The notes beneath the pieces were generated by a model. That model saw nothing but the letters and a program-made list of their open reading frames with translations. It had not been told where the DNA came from and ran no database searches. The translations under genes and the position numbers were made by a program. Below, in pieces: positions 15,051-26,146 of a stretch of DNA of 64,000 bases; the stretch's first letter is position 1; each line of letters begins with the position of its first letter. The DNA comes from Amoebidium appalachense (lineage: Eukaryota > Protista > Ichthyosporea). The stretch lies in assembly GCA_963693365.1 (NCBI GenBank), contig CAVNZM010000003.1:14863143-14927142 (forward strand). The letters run 5' to 3'.

Positions 15051-15399
15051 TGTGTGATTTCAAAGAAGTCGAAAGCGCCAGTGACACCCATGTTGAAAAA
15101 AAGACAAGCAAGCACGCTAAGAAGGACAGCAAGAAGTAACAGAAACCCTTTCATGCCGAAAAAATGGTCAAGAACAAAGAAGTGGAGGACACGTAACTAT
15201 AGTCTGATAGTTGTGACTAAGGGCACTAAGGGTAGCGCTAAGGGCACCAAGCTGATGCACGCGCGCGCGCGAGCCGAAATCTATTTTTATCTTTTTCCTA
15301 ATCAGGCGCGGCGAATAGTGATTGGCTAAATCCCAATCCGGTTTGCAATTTTTTTCTCCATTTAAGCCTGTACGCACGTTGTTTTCTCCATTTCTCTTC

Positions 15400-15520
15400 C
15401 CCCTTCCCGCAGGTCCGCAGGTCCTTTCCCGCAGGTCGCCTGGTCGCAGGTCCCTTCCCGCAGGTCGCCTGGTCGCAGTTCCCTTCCCGCAGCGCCTGGT
15501 CACAGATCCCCTCCGCAGAT
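15400..15520 (+). repeat. Short tandem repeats of CCCTTCCCGCAGGTCGCCTGGTCGCAGG
   Basis: 3-4 imperfect copies of ~29 bp. Confidence 0.7.
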
Positions 15521-15910
15521 CGCGCAGCCACCGTGCTGATTGTTTTGGACCATGCTGCATGCTGCAGCTTCTTCTTGAAGGTTAGTTTTGTGTTGCCTGC
15601 TTTTGTGCATATGGCGTTTGTCTGTCTGGTCTGTGTCTGTGTCTGTGTGTGTGTGTGTGTATGTGTGTGTGCGTGCGTGCGTGTGCGTGTGTCTGCTGGC
15701 TGCAGATGCACGTTGCCTTTCACGTTCATGAACCAGCGACTGTGGGCACTACTTTTGCTGTTAGCACTATAGCTATCATCCCCTCCACCGATCGTTCAAG
15801 CTATTTTCTGCTTCTCTAGACTTCATAAGTTCTGGTCCGGGTTTCCGTCCTTACTATGTTTAAGGTTGGTTCTGTCGACTCTTTTTTTGCCACTCTCAGT
15901 CAGCCCCCTC

Positions 15911-15949
<39 letters not shown>

Positions 15950-16061
15950 CCCCACTTCTCGCAAGTAGGATGAGCTAATTCTTAGCTCGAGTTCCTTTAC
16001 AGGTTTTGGCAAGGTTGCCCCATGAAGTCATCAGCAGCTATAAGGCTACGTTATCATCTAG

Positions 16062-16304
16062 AGGTGGGTACCGGCTCTTTGTCCTATGGCTGCTGTTGTT
16101 TCCGTTTTTCGTTTCATAGGTGGGTACCGGCTCTTTGTCCTGTTAAGGTAAATAAAGTATGGAGGCAAGACCCTGTGGGTCTGGTTCTTTGTCCTATGGC
16201 TGCTGTTGTTTCCGTGTTTCGTTTCTGTGTTGCTCTTATAGCACATGAATGATCATGTGCATGTTTAGCACCCATAGGTGGGTACCGGCTCTTTGTCCTG
16301 TTAA
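16062..16304 (+). repeat. Interspersed 24-bp repeat AGGTGGGTACCGGCTCTTTGTCCT (3 exact copies plus 1 partial)
   Basis: Copies at 16062, 16118 and 16276, partial at ~16183. They are followed alternately by ATGGCTGCTGTTGTTTCCG or GTTAA. Confidence 0.8.
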
Positions 16305-16543
16305 TTACTCTGCCGGCATTTGGTATGGTATGGTTTGGTGTAAGAGTGCCCCCCTTATATTGTCATGTTGGGCGTCCTTTTTTTTTTTTTTGGGCCTCAT
16401 ACCCATACACACACACCTTGTTACTCTTCTGTCAAGGGATTAGCATGTGTTTAGTTTAATGATGTTGGGAGCTTCTTAGAAACCCGCATAATAGTTTGCT
16501 TGTTTTGAGTTTTGTTTATGTTCGTTGCTGCTCTTTTATACTC

Positions 16544-16577
<34 letters not shown>

Positions 16578-18018
16578 AAAAGAGTGACTTTTCTTTTTTT
16601 TTTCTTTTTTTCTTTTTTTTTGTGTGTGTGTGTGCGAAGAGAAAAAGTAACAGAGCTTTTTATTATTTTTATTATTATTATTATTATTTTGTGTGTGTCT
16701 GTGTATTTATTTTGTGTGTTTTCGTAGTTCGAATAAATTGTGTGAAGACATGTCCCGAGGACATGTCTTTAAAAATATTTGTCTTAGAAAATATTTGAAG
16801 TGACAGACACGCCCCAGTGGGACATAACCCTACGTAAAAGATAATAGATGAGTTATAGTTGACACGTTCCAGTGGGACGTGTCTGCAGAAAATGGATCTG
16901 TAATCAGCGGCTCGACGACATATGACCACGTGACAGGCAGGTTCGAAAGGGGTGAGGGGCGGGGGGGGGCCGGTGGGGGGGGGGGGGGGGGGGGGGGGGG
17001 GGCAAAACGACATCAAACAGTGATCGGAAACGACGTCTGGATGATATCAACTTTGAAAATGGCTCAATCATATATATCAAGACATAACATAATGATATGA
17101 AAAGGATAATATAACTATATTGCGAAAATCATTCTTAATAAATCTTAATTATACCTTAAATTTATCGTTTTGATATATGTGCTGTATGTCAAAAAGATGT
17201 GACAGAGTTATGTTAACGATATGCTACTAATATCATAAGGAATGGTTAGCTGATAAACTACTATATGTTTTAACGATATGTAACAGATACTAGAAAGATG
17301 TCGTGTAGAGGACATACAGCCAGAACTTCTCATATCTTTAAAGGCTCCTAAAACTATCAAAACGATATTATTACGAAATTTCTTTTGACCCATCCTAGTT
17401 ATCTTTATGTTATGAGGCTTATATCGTTATGACATTTAACGTATGATCTTTAGATAATGTTTTCGGCATCCTATACCTATCCGTTGTATATGAAAAGGAC
17501 ATCTGTAATAGTATCTTATAGATGTATTACCATATACGAAACCTCCTATAATGACCTCGAAATGATATCATATAGATATATATGTATCTTATGATCGATT
17601 ATCATATATATCGTAAGGATATGTGATAGCTACCATAAGGATATGGGGAAGGGCTCCTAATCCGCTATTAGAGATATCTTTATTATGTCTAAAACGCTTC
17701 TGAACATCAGACTAAAAAGATTTTATGATATCAAATAGACTATCATAATGGTATCATACGGATATAACGAGGTTGTTGAATACATGGAACACAGGATAGA
17801 ACAACGATGGGTTCAGGGTGCTCCGTATGAGCCCATTATGAGATCATTTTGATATCTAGCAAAAGATACCAAAATGATATCCAGAAAACCCGTGATAGCA
17901 AAACGATGCTGTTATGTTATCTAAAAGACAAGAGGGGGATAAAGAGTGGCAAAAAGATGGGTTTATGGGTTTATGATATCTTTAATGGGTTTCGGATGCC
18001 GGATGAAGTTTGCTGATG

Positions 18019-19276
18019 GATGTAGTGGCCGTGAAAAATCTTGCCGTACGCGGGTTCCGCGCGGTCACGGGATCGATCATGGCGAACTCGTACTCGCCCT
18101 CCATCACCACAAAGGCCACATCGTCGGCCGCGCACACAGCCGGCGTAGTGCTGCCGTACGGGGCGGCGTACGTGGCCTTGCCAGTGGCTTCGTCGTACAC
18201 GCCCGGGTACCAGCGGCCCCCGCCGGCCCGGCACAGCACGGCATACGGCGCCAGTACGCTGTACCTCTGAGCCCCTGCGGGAGGGGCGCTGGCATAGACC
18301 GCCCTCCAGCCCCGTCCCCGGGGCGGCGGCGGCCTGTCCCTGACCAGGGGCGGTGCCCCCGGCGTGGTGGGAGTAAAGTCAAACAGCGTCTTTCTGTAGC
18401 CCACGTCCACGGGCGCCGAACCATGGTTGAAAACCTGGTCAGGCGTCATGTTGGACGCGGCACTGGCCACCCCAAAGCCTTCGACCGACAGAACCCCTGG
18501 CTTATCTGACAGCAACAGCGGGCGGCTGAAGCTGAACTTGGTAGTGGGGGCATCCGGAGCACTGGACACACTCCACTGGCGGACCTTGCCGTCCACGGCC
18601 GCGCTGACCGTGCCGTCGGCGTCAAAGGACAAGGCTACCAAGGCTTGTGGGGCACCCCATCTACAAGCGGGTAGTCGGTCATGGCAACACCCTCCGGTGG
18701 GAACGGCCCAACCGAATCGGCGCGCGAAACCAGCGCCTCGTCTGAGATAAACCCATGCGGCGTAAAGTACAGCAGGCGAGGGATGCCTGTGGCGTCAAGG
18801 TACACGGAGAAGCCGTCCAACGGTGAGGGGTCCTCGCCCGACAGCGGCACCATGTTGCCCATCAAGAATTGCCCTGTGGCGGCCCGCGTGGGCTCGGCAC
18901 GGAACTCGGCGGTCACGGTCAGGGGCAGCGTTTCGGACAGCACAGGCCCAGTCAGGGTGTCGGCTGACGTCTCGCTCGGGACCAACGGCGGGATATCCGG
19001 GGCCGGAGCTGGGCCAGGCGCCGGCACTGGAACCGTCGCTGGAACCGGCGGCCAAGCGGGCGCTGGAACCGGCGGCCAAACGGGCGCCGGGACCGGCGTT
19101 GCCAAGTGGGACCTCAGGCGCAGGTGCCACGCCGGGGCATTGTTGGACATTGTGTTCATAGAAGCTAGTTCTAGTGCACGTTGTTCCTTCTGTAAGTCAG
19201 AAATGATTGCATCTTGTGAGGCCAACCTCTGCTCCAGTAGTTGGACTAGTTGCTGCAACTGTAAGTTGTCAGACAT
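18019..19276 (-). pseudogene. 5' half of the transposon-split virus-like gene: coiled coil, Pro-rich linker, LamG/ConA-like domain, DM9-like region
   Basis: MSDNLQLQQLVQLLEQRLASQD… (coiled coil). LVDGVPH[fs]LVALSFDADGTVSAAVDGK resembles LamG 'DGxWHHVALTFDxxGTVxLYVDG'. VLCRAGGGRWYPGVYDEATGKATYAAPYG resembles a DM9 repeat. Frameshifts near 18645 and ~18060. Confidence 0.6.
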
Positions 19277-19880
19277 AGTGTCGTGTATGATGGGTAACTA
19301 GTCTATGTGTTTTGTGCACTGAAAACGACAGTAGAAAAGTGTAAATCAAACGTTCTGCTTCCCCTGTTTGTGACATGGGAGGCACTGCTTTATATAGTCG
19401 TTAGGCCACCTCATGGTGGCCTCGTGTGCACCCTGGTGGTGGGCCATGTACAGCATGGCCGAAAAGAGAGCACAATGAAAACAAGTCGTTAAAGATATAA
19501 AAGTTAACTGTGCACGTTGAGTGGCTAGTTAACTTGCACTAAAGCACACAAATAAACGTGTTTAACACACCAATTGCAGTTAAACGTAAATCTTACTTCA
19601 CACAACTAAAAATATTCTGAGAATATCCGGGAATAAAGCACACTAGTACCACTCTAAGAATAGAATCCTGTGGCAAATATAGACATGACATCATCTGAAC
19701 CGGGAATATTAATTAATGAGCACAATTAGCACGTTGCTAGTGAAGCTCGTCATTGGTACAGTTTTGGCTCAAACATATAACTACCATATATGAATATGAC
19801 CGTAAACAAAAGCTCTATGCACTCGAGTGAGTGTTGAAACAATTATTCAATTGCTCAGAAACTTTCTCTAACAGACATTG

Positions 19881-20168
19881 CTAGCCGGGAGTACCAGTGT
19901 ACTCCAACAGGCATGGCGTGGTCGACGGCGGTGTTCCTGGTGGCGCGGCGGGCGCTGGGCCTGGGCCGGCCTGAGGGCGCTGACGCTTCCATATGGCCGC
20001 GGACACCGCCGCAATCAGCACAATCACGCCCACCACAACGGCTACAATCACAGCCGGGTTCTTGGCCAGTTTGGCAACCGGCTCGCGACTGCCACCGGAC
20101 GTCACGGTGCTCATGGACCAGGGCGACGTCGTGCTACCCGACGATGACCACGGGGACGTATACGACAT
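19881..20168 (-). CDS. Small single-pass membrane protein (95 aa), virus-like
   Basis: Hydrophobic helix PAVIVAVVVGVIVLIAAVSAAIW followed by KRQR and a Pro-rich tail. GC-rich and intronless. Confidence 0.6.
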   Translation of the reverse strand: MSYTSPWSSSGSTTSPWSMSTVTSGGSREPVAKLAKNPAVIVAVVVGVIVLIAAVSAAIWKRQRPQAGPGPAPAAPPGTPPSTTPCLLEYTGTPG

Positions 20169-20227
20169 GACCGCTCTTTACCTGAGCTTCCGCAAAAAAA
20201 AAAAACACAGTGCAGGAACATTGAAAT

Positions 20228-21135
20228 CTAGGCCTTGGGAATTGGGAGTGTCTGTGCGGTCAAATCCCTCATGAGCTCTTCGAGCTCGCGCTCCCGGTAC
20301 TCGGTGCGCGCGGCCTGCGCCTGTCCGGGGAACACCCAGCGGTACATGTCCACCACGCACACGTCCAGGAGCGTCACAAATGGCCCCACGGCCTCCTTGG
20401 CATACCGTCCGGCCTCCTCCTCCGTAGCAAACACCCCAAGCGGTACTACCAGCGGGTGTCCCTGCCCGGGTTGCGCCACGGCCACCACGGCGTATGCCTG
20501 CTGGTCCACCGGGGCCGCCGCCTCCATCACATCGCCGGCGTGCTCCGATTCATTGTCCATGTTTGGACACGTCTGGCCCGGGTTCTCGCCGTTCACGCCG
20601 CCATTCAACCGCGCCAACCCGTCCACGCGCGCGGCGTCCTCAGGCTGCGCGGCTGCCGCAGCGGCTTGGCCGTTGCCTTTGCCTTTGGCGGCTTCGGCCG
20701 TCTCCGCCTTGGCAGCTTCGACCTTTGCCCCAAACGCCTCCCGTGCCTCCCGCAGCCCCGCCGCGTAATCCGCCAGGCACACCCTCAAGGCGGCGGCTTG
20801 GTTCTCCACAAGTCCCGGGGTCAACACATCCCGGTGGGGTGCAGCAGCAGGTCATGCACCGAGGGGGCTTGGGCGGCCACGTGCCGCATGGCGGCGGCGC
20901 GGTCCGTGAAGGCGCCCAGGATCCGGAACGCCGCCAGGCCGCTCCGTGGGCGCCGTGCCGTACCGGCCACGTTCATCAGCACACACGCCTGCGAGGGTGG
21001 CAACAGGGTGGCACAGGCCCGGATCTCCTCCTCGAGGGCCTGGACTGGTGTCACGGCGGCGGCCGGGGCGGTCAACGTTGACGGGGCGGACATTGCGGAT
21101 CGGCTGGTCACGGACATTGCGGACATTGTTGACAT
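20228..21135 (-). pseudogene. DUF5832-like NCLDV protein with two internal repeats, frameshifted at ~20825
   Basis: Repeat 1: QACVLMNVAGTARRPRSGLAAFRILGAFTDRAAAMRHV. Repeat 2: QAYAVVAVAQPGQGHPLVVPLGVFATEEEAGRYAK…DVCVVDMYRWVFP…TEYRERELEELM. Both match my recollection of the giant-virus family pattern Q.(F/Y)A....G(I/V)F.T.EEA..(H/Y)A...D..V..M..W....EY....L..LM. A TTTTATAATT A/T-rich box lies at the start. Confidence 0.6.
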
Positions 21136-21223
21136 GGCTGGCCATAATTATAAAAGGCAGGTGGGCGCCGCTCCTTTTCTCACTGCGATGGACCCCCGGC
21201 CGACGCGGCATTGGCGTTGACTT

Positions 21224-21363
21224 AACATCTCGGTGCGGCAGCAGCCCGGTTGACCGAAGCACAAAAACAATCTTGTCACCATCCCAAACATCAGTGGTGA
21301 CTGAACATCTTGGTGCGGCGGCAGCCCGGTTGACCGAAGCACGAAAAACAATCTTGTCACCAT
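21224..21363 (+). repeat. ~60-bp direct duplication (80-bp period) in the divergent intergenic region
   Basis: AACATCT(C/T)GGTGCGGC(A/G)GCAGCCCGGTTGACCGAAGCAC…AAAAACAATCTTGTCACCAT at 21224 and 21304. Confidence 0.85.
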
Positions 21364-21548
21364 TCAAATGGTAAGGACAACTTAAGGTACTCAGGATTGG
21401 GAGGACCGGGTAACCGGTCAGGGGATGTTTATCATCCCTAAACTCAACACACTGCGACACGGCTACAACTGAGGGGGACCGGGCCGCCGGTACATCCACC
21501 GGCGCAGGCACTGCCGGCACTGCCGGCACTGCCGCTCCGCGTGGCCCC

Positions 21549-21929
21549 ATGCTTCCCTGGTCATCCCGCGTGGCCAGGCTGGTGGCCGCCACCCTGGTGG
21601 AGATGGCCCAGGACCGCGGCGCCGTGGAGGTGTCCCCCGGGGACCACGTGGGCTGGGCCCAGGCCGTGGACGCCTACGGGGCCCCGTTCATCCAGGCTCG
21701 CGGGCCCGGCGACCCGCCAAGCTGGCGTATGGGGGTCTACCTGGTCACGCGCGTGGACACGGCCGCCGCCCGCGCCGCGGTCGCCCGCGCCAACGACTCC
21801 CCCGGCCTCAACGTGCTGCTGGTCGGAGCCCACCCACACACGTCGTTTGCCGCCAAGGAGCTGCAGGCCACGCCCGCCGTGGAGCGGCTGTCGTTGGCAT
21901 CTCTAAGACTTTTTGAACCTTTTTTATAA
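21549..21929 (+). pseudogene. RPB5: RNA polymerase subunit RPB5-like, N-terminal (jaw) domain only; C-terminal assembly domain absent
   Basis: RVARLVAATLVEMAQDRG resembles RPB5 RLWRIRKTIMQLCHDRG. VLLVGAHPHTSFAAKELQATPAVERLSLASL resembles ALIVVQQGMTPSAKQSL…ILEQFLQQEL. Intronless and very GC-rich. The sequence switches to AT-rich/microsatellite DNA exactly where the C-terminal domain should begin. Confidence 0.55.
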
Positions 21930-21976
21930 ATTTTCTTTTTTCATTTCTCGCGCGTGCGCGCGGGGGGCCGGAGGGG

Positions 21977-22020
<44 letters not shown>

Positions 22021-22211
22021 GGTGGACAACGTTAATCTAAATGCATGCATGTGGGCATGCGTGCGTCACGGTGTGTGCGTGTGTATTTGTGTGTGTATGT
22101 GTGTGTATGTGTGTGTGTAAGTTTGTGCGCACAGACGCGCGCATGTGTGTGCCGGAGTGTGACACTCAGGCTGTACGCGTGTGTGCGTCTTTTATTTTAT
22201 TTTTTTTTTAT

Positions 22212-22242
<31 letters not shown>

Positions 22243-22815
22243 GGCCGGGGGTGATCTGGTCCGAGTCAGATCCGGCCAATGCCGTGGTGCACGGGCAATG
22301 GTCAATTTATGATTCGAATTTTTTTCTCTTACTGTGCCCTGGTATGCCATTTGGCAGAGGGGAAAAAATGGATAGTTCAGGATTTTTGTTGACAAGTTGG
22401 GCAGCTGTTAATGTTAGCCACCAAGCTGAATATTCAAAAACTGGATGCCATGATTTGATTCCATACCGTGCTCATGTCTTTTAGTATGCACTTACTCACG
22501 GTATTTGCAAAGTCGGTAAAGTCTGCCTCCTTCCTCCTACCCTGATTAGCTGAATCCAAACGAGAAAAAAACTTTGAATCATATTCGTGAGATTGTGCTA
22601 TAATTAAGACAGGATGCAGTCACAAGTCACTGGAAGCATTTAAAAAGTTTTAAACATTTAAGGCGTTAACCAACTTAAAATTTTAATGTGCAGTTGTCCG
22701 ACGTTGTGGCATCCCAACAACCACCCAACCTGCACACGTTGGACAGGTCTCTTGCATACACATCCCCCTCCCCCTCCCCACCTCCCCCCCCCCCCCCCCC
22801 CCCCTTTTTTTTTTT

Positions 22816-22846
<31 letters not shown>

Positions 22847-23554
22847 TTTGGTTTCTGCATTTTTGTGACGTTTCGTATTTTGTCTTTAAACGTCTTTTAC
22901 TGGTGATTAAAGGACCCACATTTGTTCTGCCCGACTCCCTCACAGAGATGATCTCCGTATACATGTGCAGCACGGCGCATATCATAAATGTTTAATCATG
23001 ATCTGTGTTACACGTGCACCCCTGTCCAGTTAGTTGATTATTTTCGTAAGACTTTTGCAAATTTGTGCAATTCCTAGGCCAGCACCAACGGAGACTGTGG
23101 GAACAATGGTCACCTTCTAAGGTACTGCTTATCTTTTCGATCAGGGCACTGGCAGTGTCCCACAATCATATACGCGGAAATACAGTTCACATATGGAACA
23201 CCAGATTCCTCTTTTCTCTTTTGCGGCCTATGCCCATTTGCTCAACCCACACTCAGAGCATTGGAAGATCGGGATCATAAGGTTTTGCCTGATTGTCTTC
23301 ACAATGGCCGCCTGACTTTATTGCAGAATGGTCCGATTGTGACAGAAAATAAGTTTAAAAATGTGCATCTCGGCGGCTACGGCGTCACACTGCCACTATT
23401 GAACATGCATGCCGCGATATGAGTACATGCACGCGCACCTGCTAATGAATGTGAATACAAGTACAGGAGTCACTCACTTCTTATCTAACTCGTAAATTTG
23501 GTTTAGGGCTTAAAATCTTAAGGTTTCTCGGCCGTAGGGTTCTTGATCTTTACT

Positions 23555-23596
<42 letters not shown>

Positions 23597-24245
23597 CTCC
23601 CCAAATTCCCACCCCCTCCACCTCTCCCTCCCTTCCCCTCCCCCCAACACACACACACATAGTCGCAGGGGTAGCTTTACCGAATATCCAACGAGATATT
23701 CCCAAAACGCAAATCCTACCGAAATGTATGGAAGTTCCATGATCAGGCCTGCATGATATTAGGGACATTGCTCATATTAGATATGATAGACCCCCCCCCC
23801 CCCCCTCCCCCTCCCCTCTCCCATACCGTGACTTTAAACGGATATTATTCAGTTGGGTGCCCCCCTCTCCCCCCTCTCCCCCCCGGCCCCCAAAAAGCAC
23901 AGAAAAGTTCAAATATGTATAATGGTATTAACACACCCAAGCACCACACACAGCCTCCCCCCCCCCCCCCCCTCTCTCCTCCCCCCCCCCCCCCCCCCCC
24001 CCCCTTCTCCTTCCCCAATCCTCCTTCTCCCCCTCCCCCCCTCCCCCCCCCCCCCCCAATCCAACACGCGCGCACGCACACTCGCGCGCGCACACACACA
24101 CATGTCACACACACACGCGCGCGCACACACACGCACACGCACACGCACACGCACACACACACGTACACGCACGCACACGCACACACACACGCACACGCAC
24201 ACGCACACGCACACGCACACGCACACGCACACGCACACGCACACG

Positions 24246-24298
<53 letters not shown>

Positions 24299-24599
24299 AC
24301 ACCGGGGAAAGCTCGAACGAGTGTGCTGCATATCTTGATTTTTATTTATACTACTTATAGTTCAATGTGAATTTATATAGATTGCTCTTTCTCTCCCCGG
24401 CAGCCCCCCGGGCGACAACTTGGTAGTACAGGTATAAGTATATGTAAGATTAGTTCGAATGAATCTTACTGCCTTGAAATGAATATCGGAATTTTATGTT
24501 TTTCATGTGGGTGACGCCTACCCTACCCTACGTTCCTCCCACCCTCCGGGCCCCTCCCCCCCCCCCCCCCCCCCTCTTTCCCCCCCCCTTCCCCCCCCC

Positions 24600-24630
<31 letters not shown>

Positions 24631-24689
24631 AGACACCCAGTGACAAACACGCACACGCACACACTCGCGCACGCACATGTACACACGCA

Positions 24690-24872
<183 letters not shown>

Positions 24873-25356
24873 TAACACACAGACAACCCACTCCATCCTT
24901 GCGTACGCTCACACACAAATACACGCACCAGCCACGAGATTCACCATGATATACCTGGCCAGACACCCACTCCCGCCTTGAAATACACAACTTGCTTCCG
25001 CGCATGTTACAGTAGGAGTTAAAGGGAGGGGTGAGGGAGAAAAACACAAACAAACAAACAAACAAACAAACAAACAAACAAAAAAAGAGTGCGATATCAA
25101 AATCCTCGGACTTAATCACACCCATCGGCCTCGAGATTCGTTTTGCAGAGGTATTCTACTACCGGGATATAGGTGTATTGACGAGTATTCCACTGTCGGG
25201 ACAATTATTCTGGGACTAATCCTGTTAGTGAGCTTATGTCGCTTATAACTTTTCGGAAACACTACCGTAACGGACGGGTGGAACAACTTGCCAGCTAGCA
25301 GCAATGAAGCACACATAATTCGAATTCAATTTTTATTTTTTTTATTTTTTTTTCTT

Positions 25357-25387
<31 letters not shown>

Positions 25388-25837
25388 AGGGGGGGGGGGG
25401 GGGGGAGGGGGGAGGGATTCGATAATTTGTGTACATGCTCAACAAATTAATTACCGTCCCCCTGGCAGTAATATTGATGTAATTGAGTACAAATAAAAGT
25501 TATGAGAAAAGAAAGCACGTAGCATCATGACATAAGTGATGGAAAAGCACCCCTGCAACTTGAAGCCTGCAGTAGACTTGAGCTCGTCAACTTTGACCTG
25601 GATACTGTGGGCCGTGAAAAAGTTTCAATTTCTCGGGGCTGGTCGCCCACAGGAATCTAAAAAGGTTCAGCACAGACATGCACCCCAGGCCGATGCCCCG
25701 GCTCCCGGTGAAAAATATCTTTTTTTTTTTTTTTTTTATCCGTCAGGTAGGGCTCTAGCAGCTGCAGCTTGCACAGACGTCTGAAAATGTATACCTGACG
25801 TAGGAGTGACTGAGAAACGCAAATAAGGGGCCGAATT

Positions 25838-25887
<50 letters not shown>

Positions 25888-26146
25888 TCCCCCCGGCCCC
25901 CCCGGCCCCCCCCCCCCCCCCCCCCCCCGGGCCCCCCCCCCCAAAAAAAAAAAAATTAAGAGTGAACCGTCAAGTGGGGCTCTGCAACTGGCACAGACTA
26001 ATAATATGTAGGATTAAGTAAGTAAGGGGCTGAATACCAATAAAATCCATACTTTTACACATAATTCATACCAAAAAACAACAACCAAAAAAAAAAAAAA
26101 AAAAACCCTCTGTGCCCGGCCAACCGCCTGGTGGGCGGGTTGCACC

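Larger units (their letters stand above)
9579..18018. mobile_element. 8.44-kb non-autonomous DNA transposon with 34-bp perfect TIRs and a 2-bp TSD (GA); CMC/EnSpm-like architecture
   Basis: 9579-9612 CATCAGCAAACTTCATCCGGCATCCGAAACCCAT is the exact reverse complement of 17985-18018. GA is present at both 9577-9578 and 18019-18020. AT-rich subtermini are dense in GATAT(C)/ATATC motifs (~9.6-11.5 kb, ~17.0-18.0 kb). No transposase ORF seen. Confidence 0.85.
7040..21929. mobile_element. Decayed endogenous giant-virus-like (NCLDV) fragment, interrupted by a DNA transposon at 9579-18018
   Basis: Abrupt switch to very GC-rich, intronless, closely packed ORFs without microsatellites at ~7040-9578 and 18019-21929. 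Contains RPB5-like and DUF5832-like genes. Several single-base frameshifts. Boundaries approximate. Confidence 0.65.

Noticed and set aside
14693-15154. Signal-peptide-like ORF MKGFLLLLAVLLSVLACLFF
   Set aside because: It runs into (CA)n after ~33 codons with no donor site or further exon identified; the opposite strand is equally open.
17946-21220. Plus-strand ORFs overlapping the minus-strand viral genes
   Set aside because: Antisense shadows expected from extreme GC3 bias.
7040-21929. Polinton/virophage or bacterial contamination as the origin of the GC-rich island
   Set aside because: No pPolB, integrase, capsid or long TIRs seen. An RPB5 N-domain and a DUF5832-like gene are not bacterial, and the island is interrupted by a host-type TE that carries host microsatellites.
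22260-23400. Normal-complexity DNA that might be a decayed transposase or gene
   Set aside because: The frames I translated were interrupted by stops and no diagnostic motif was recognised.
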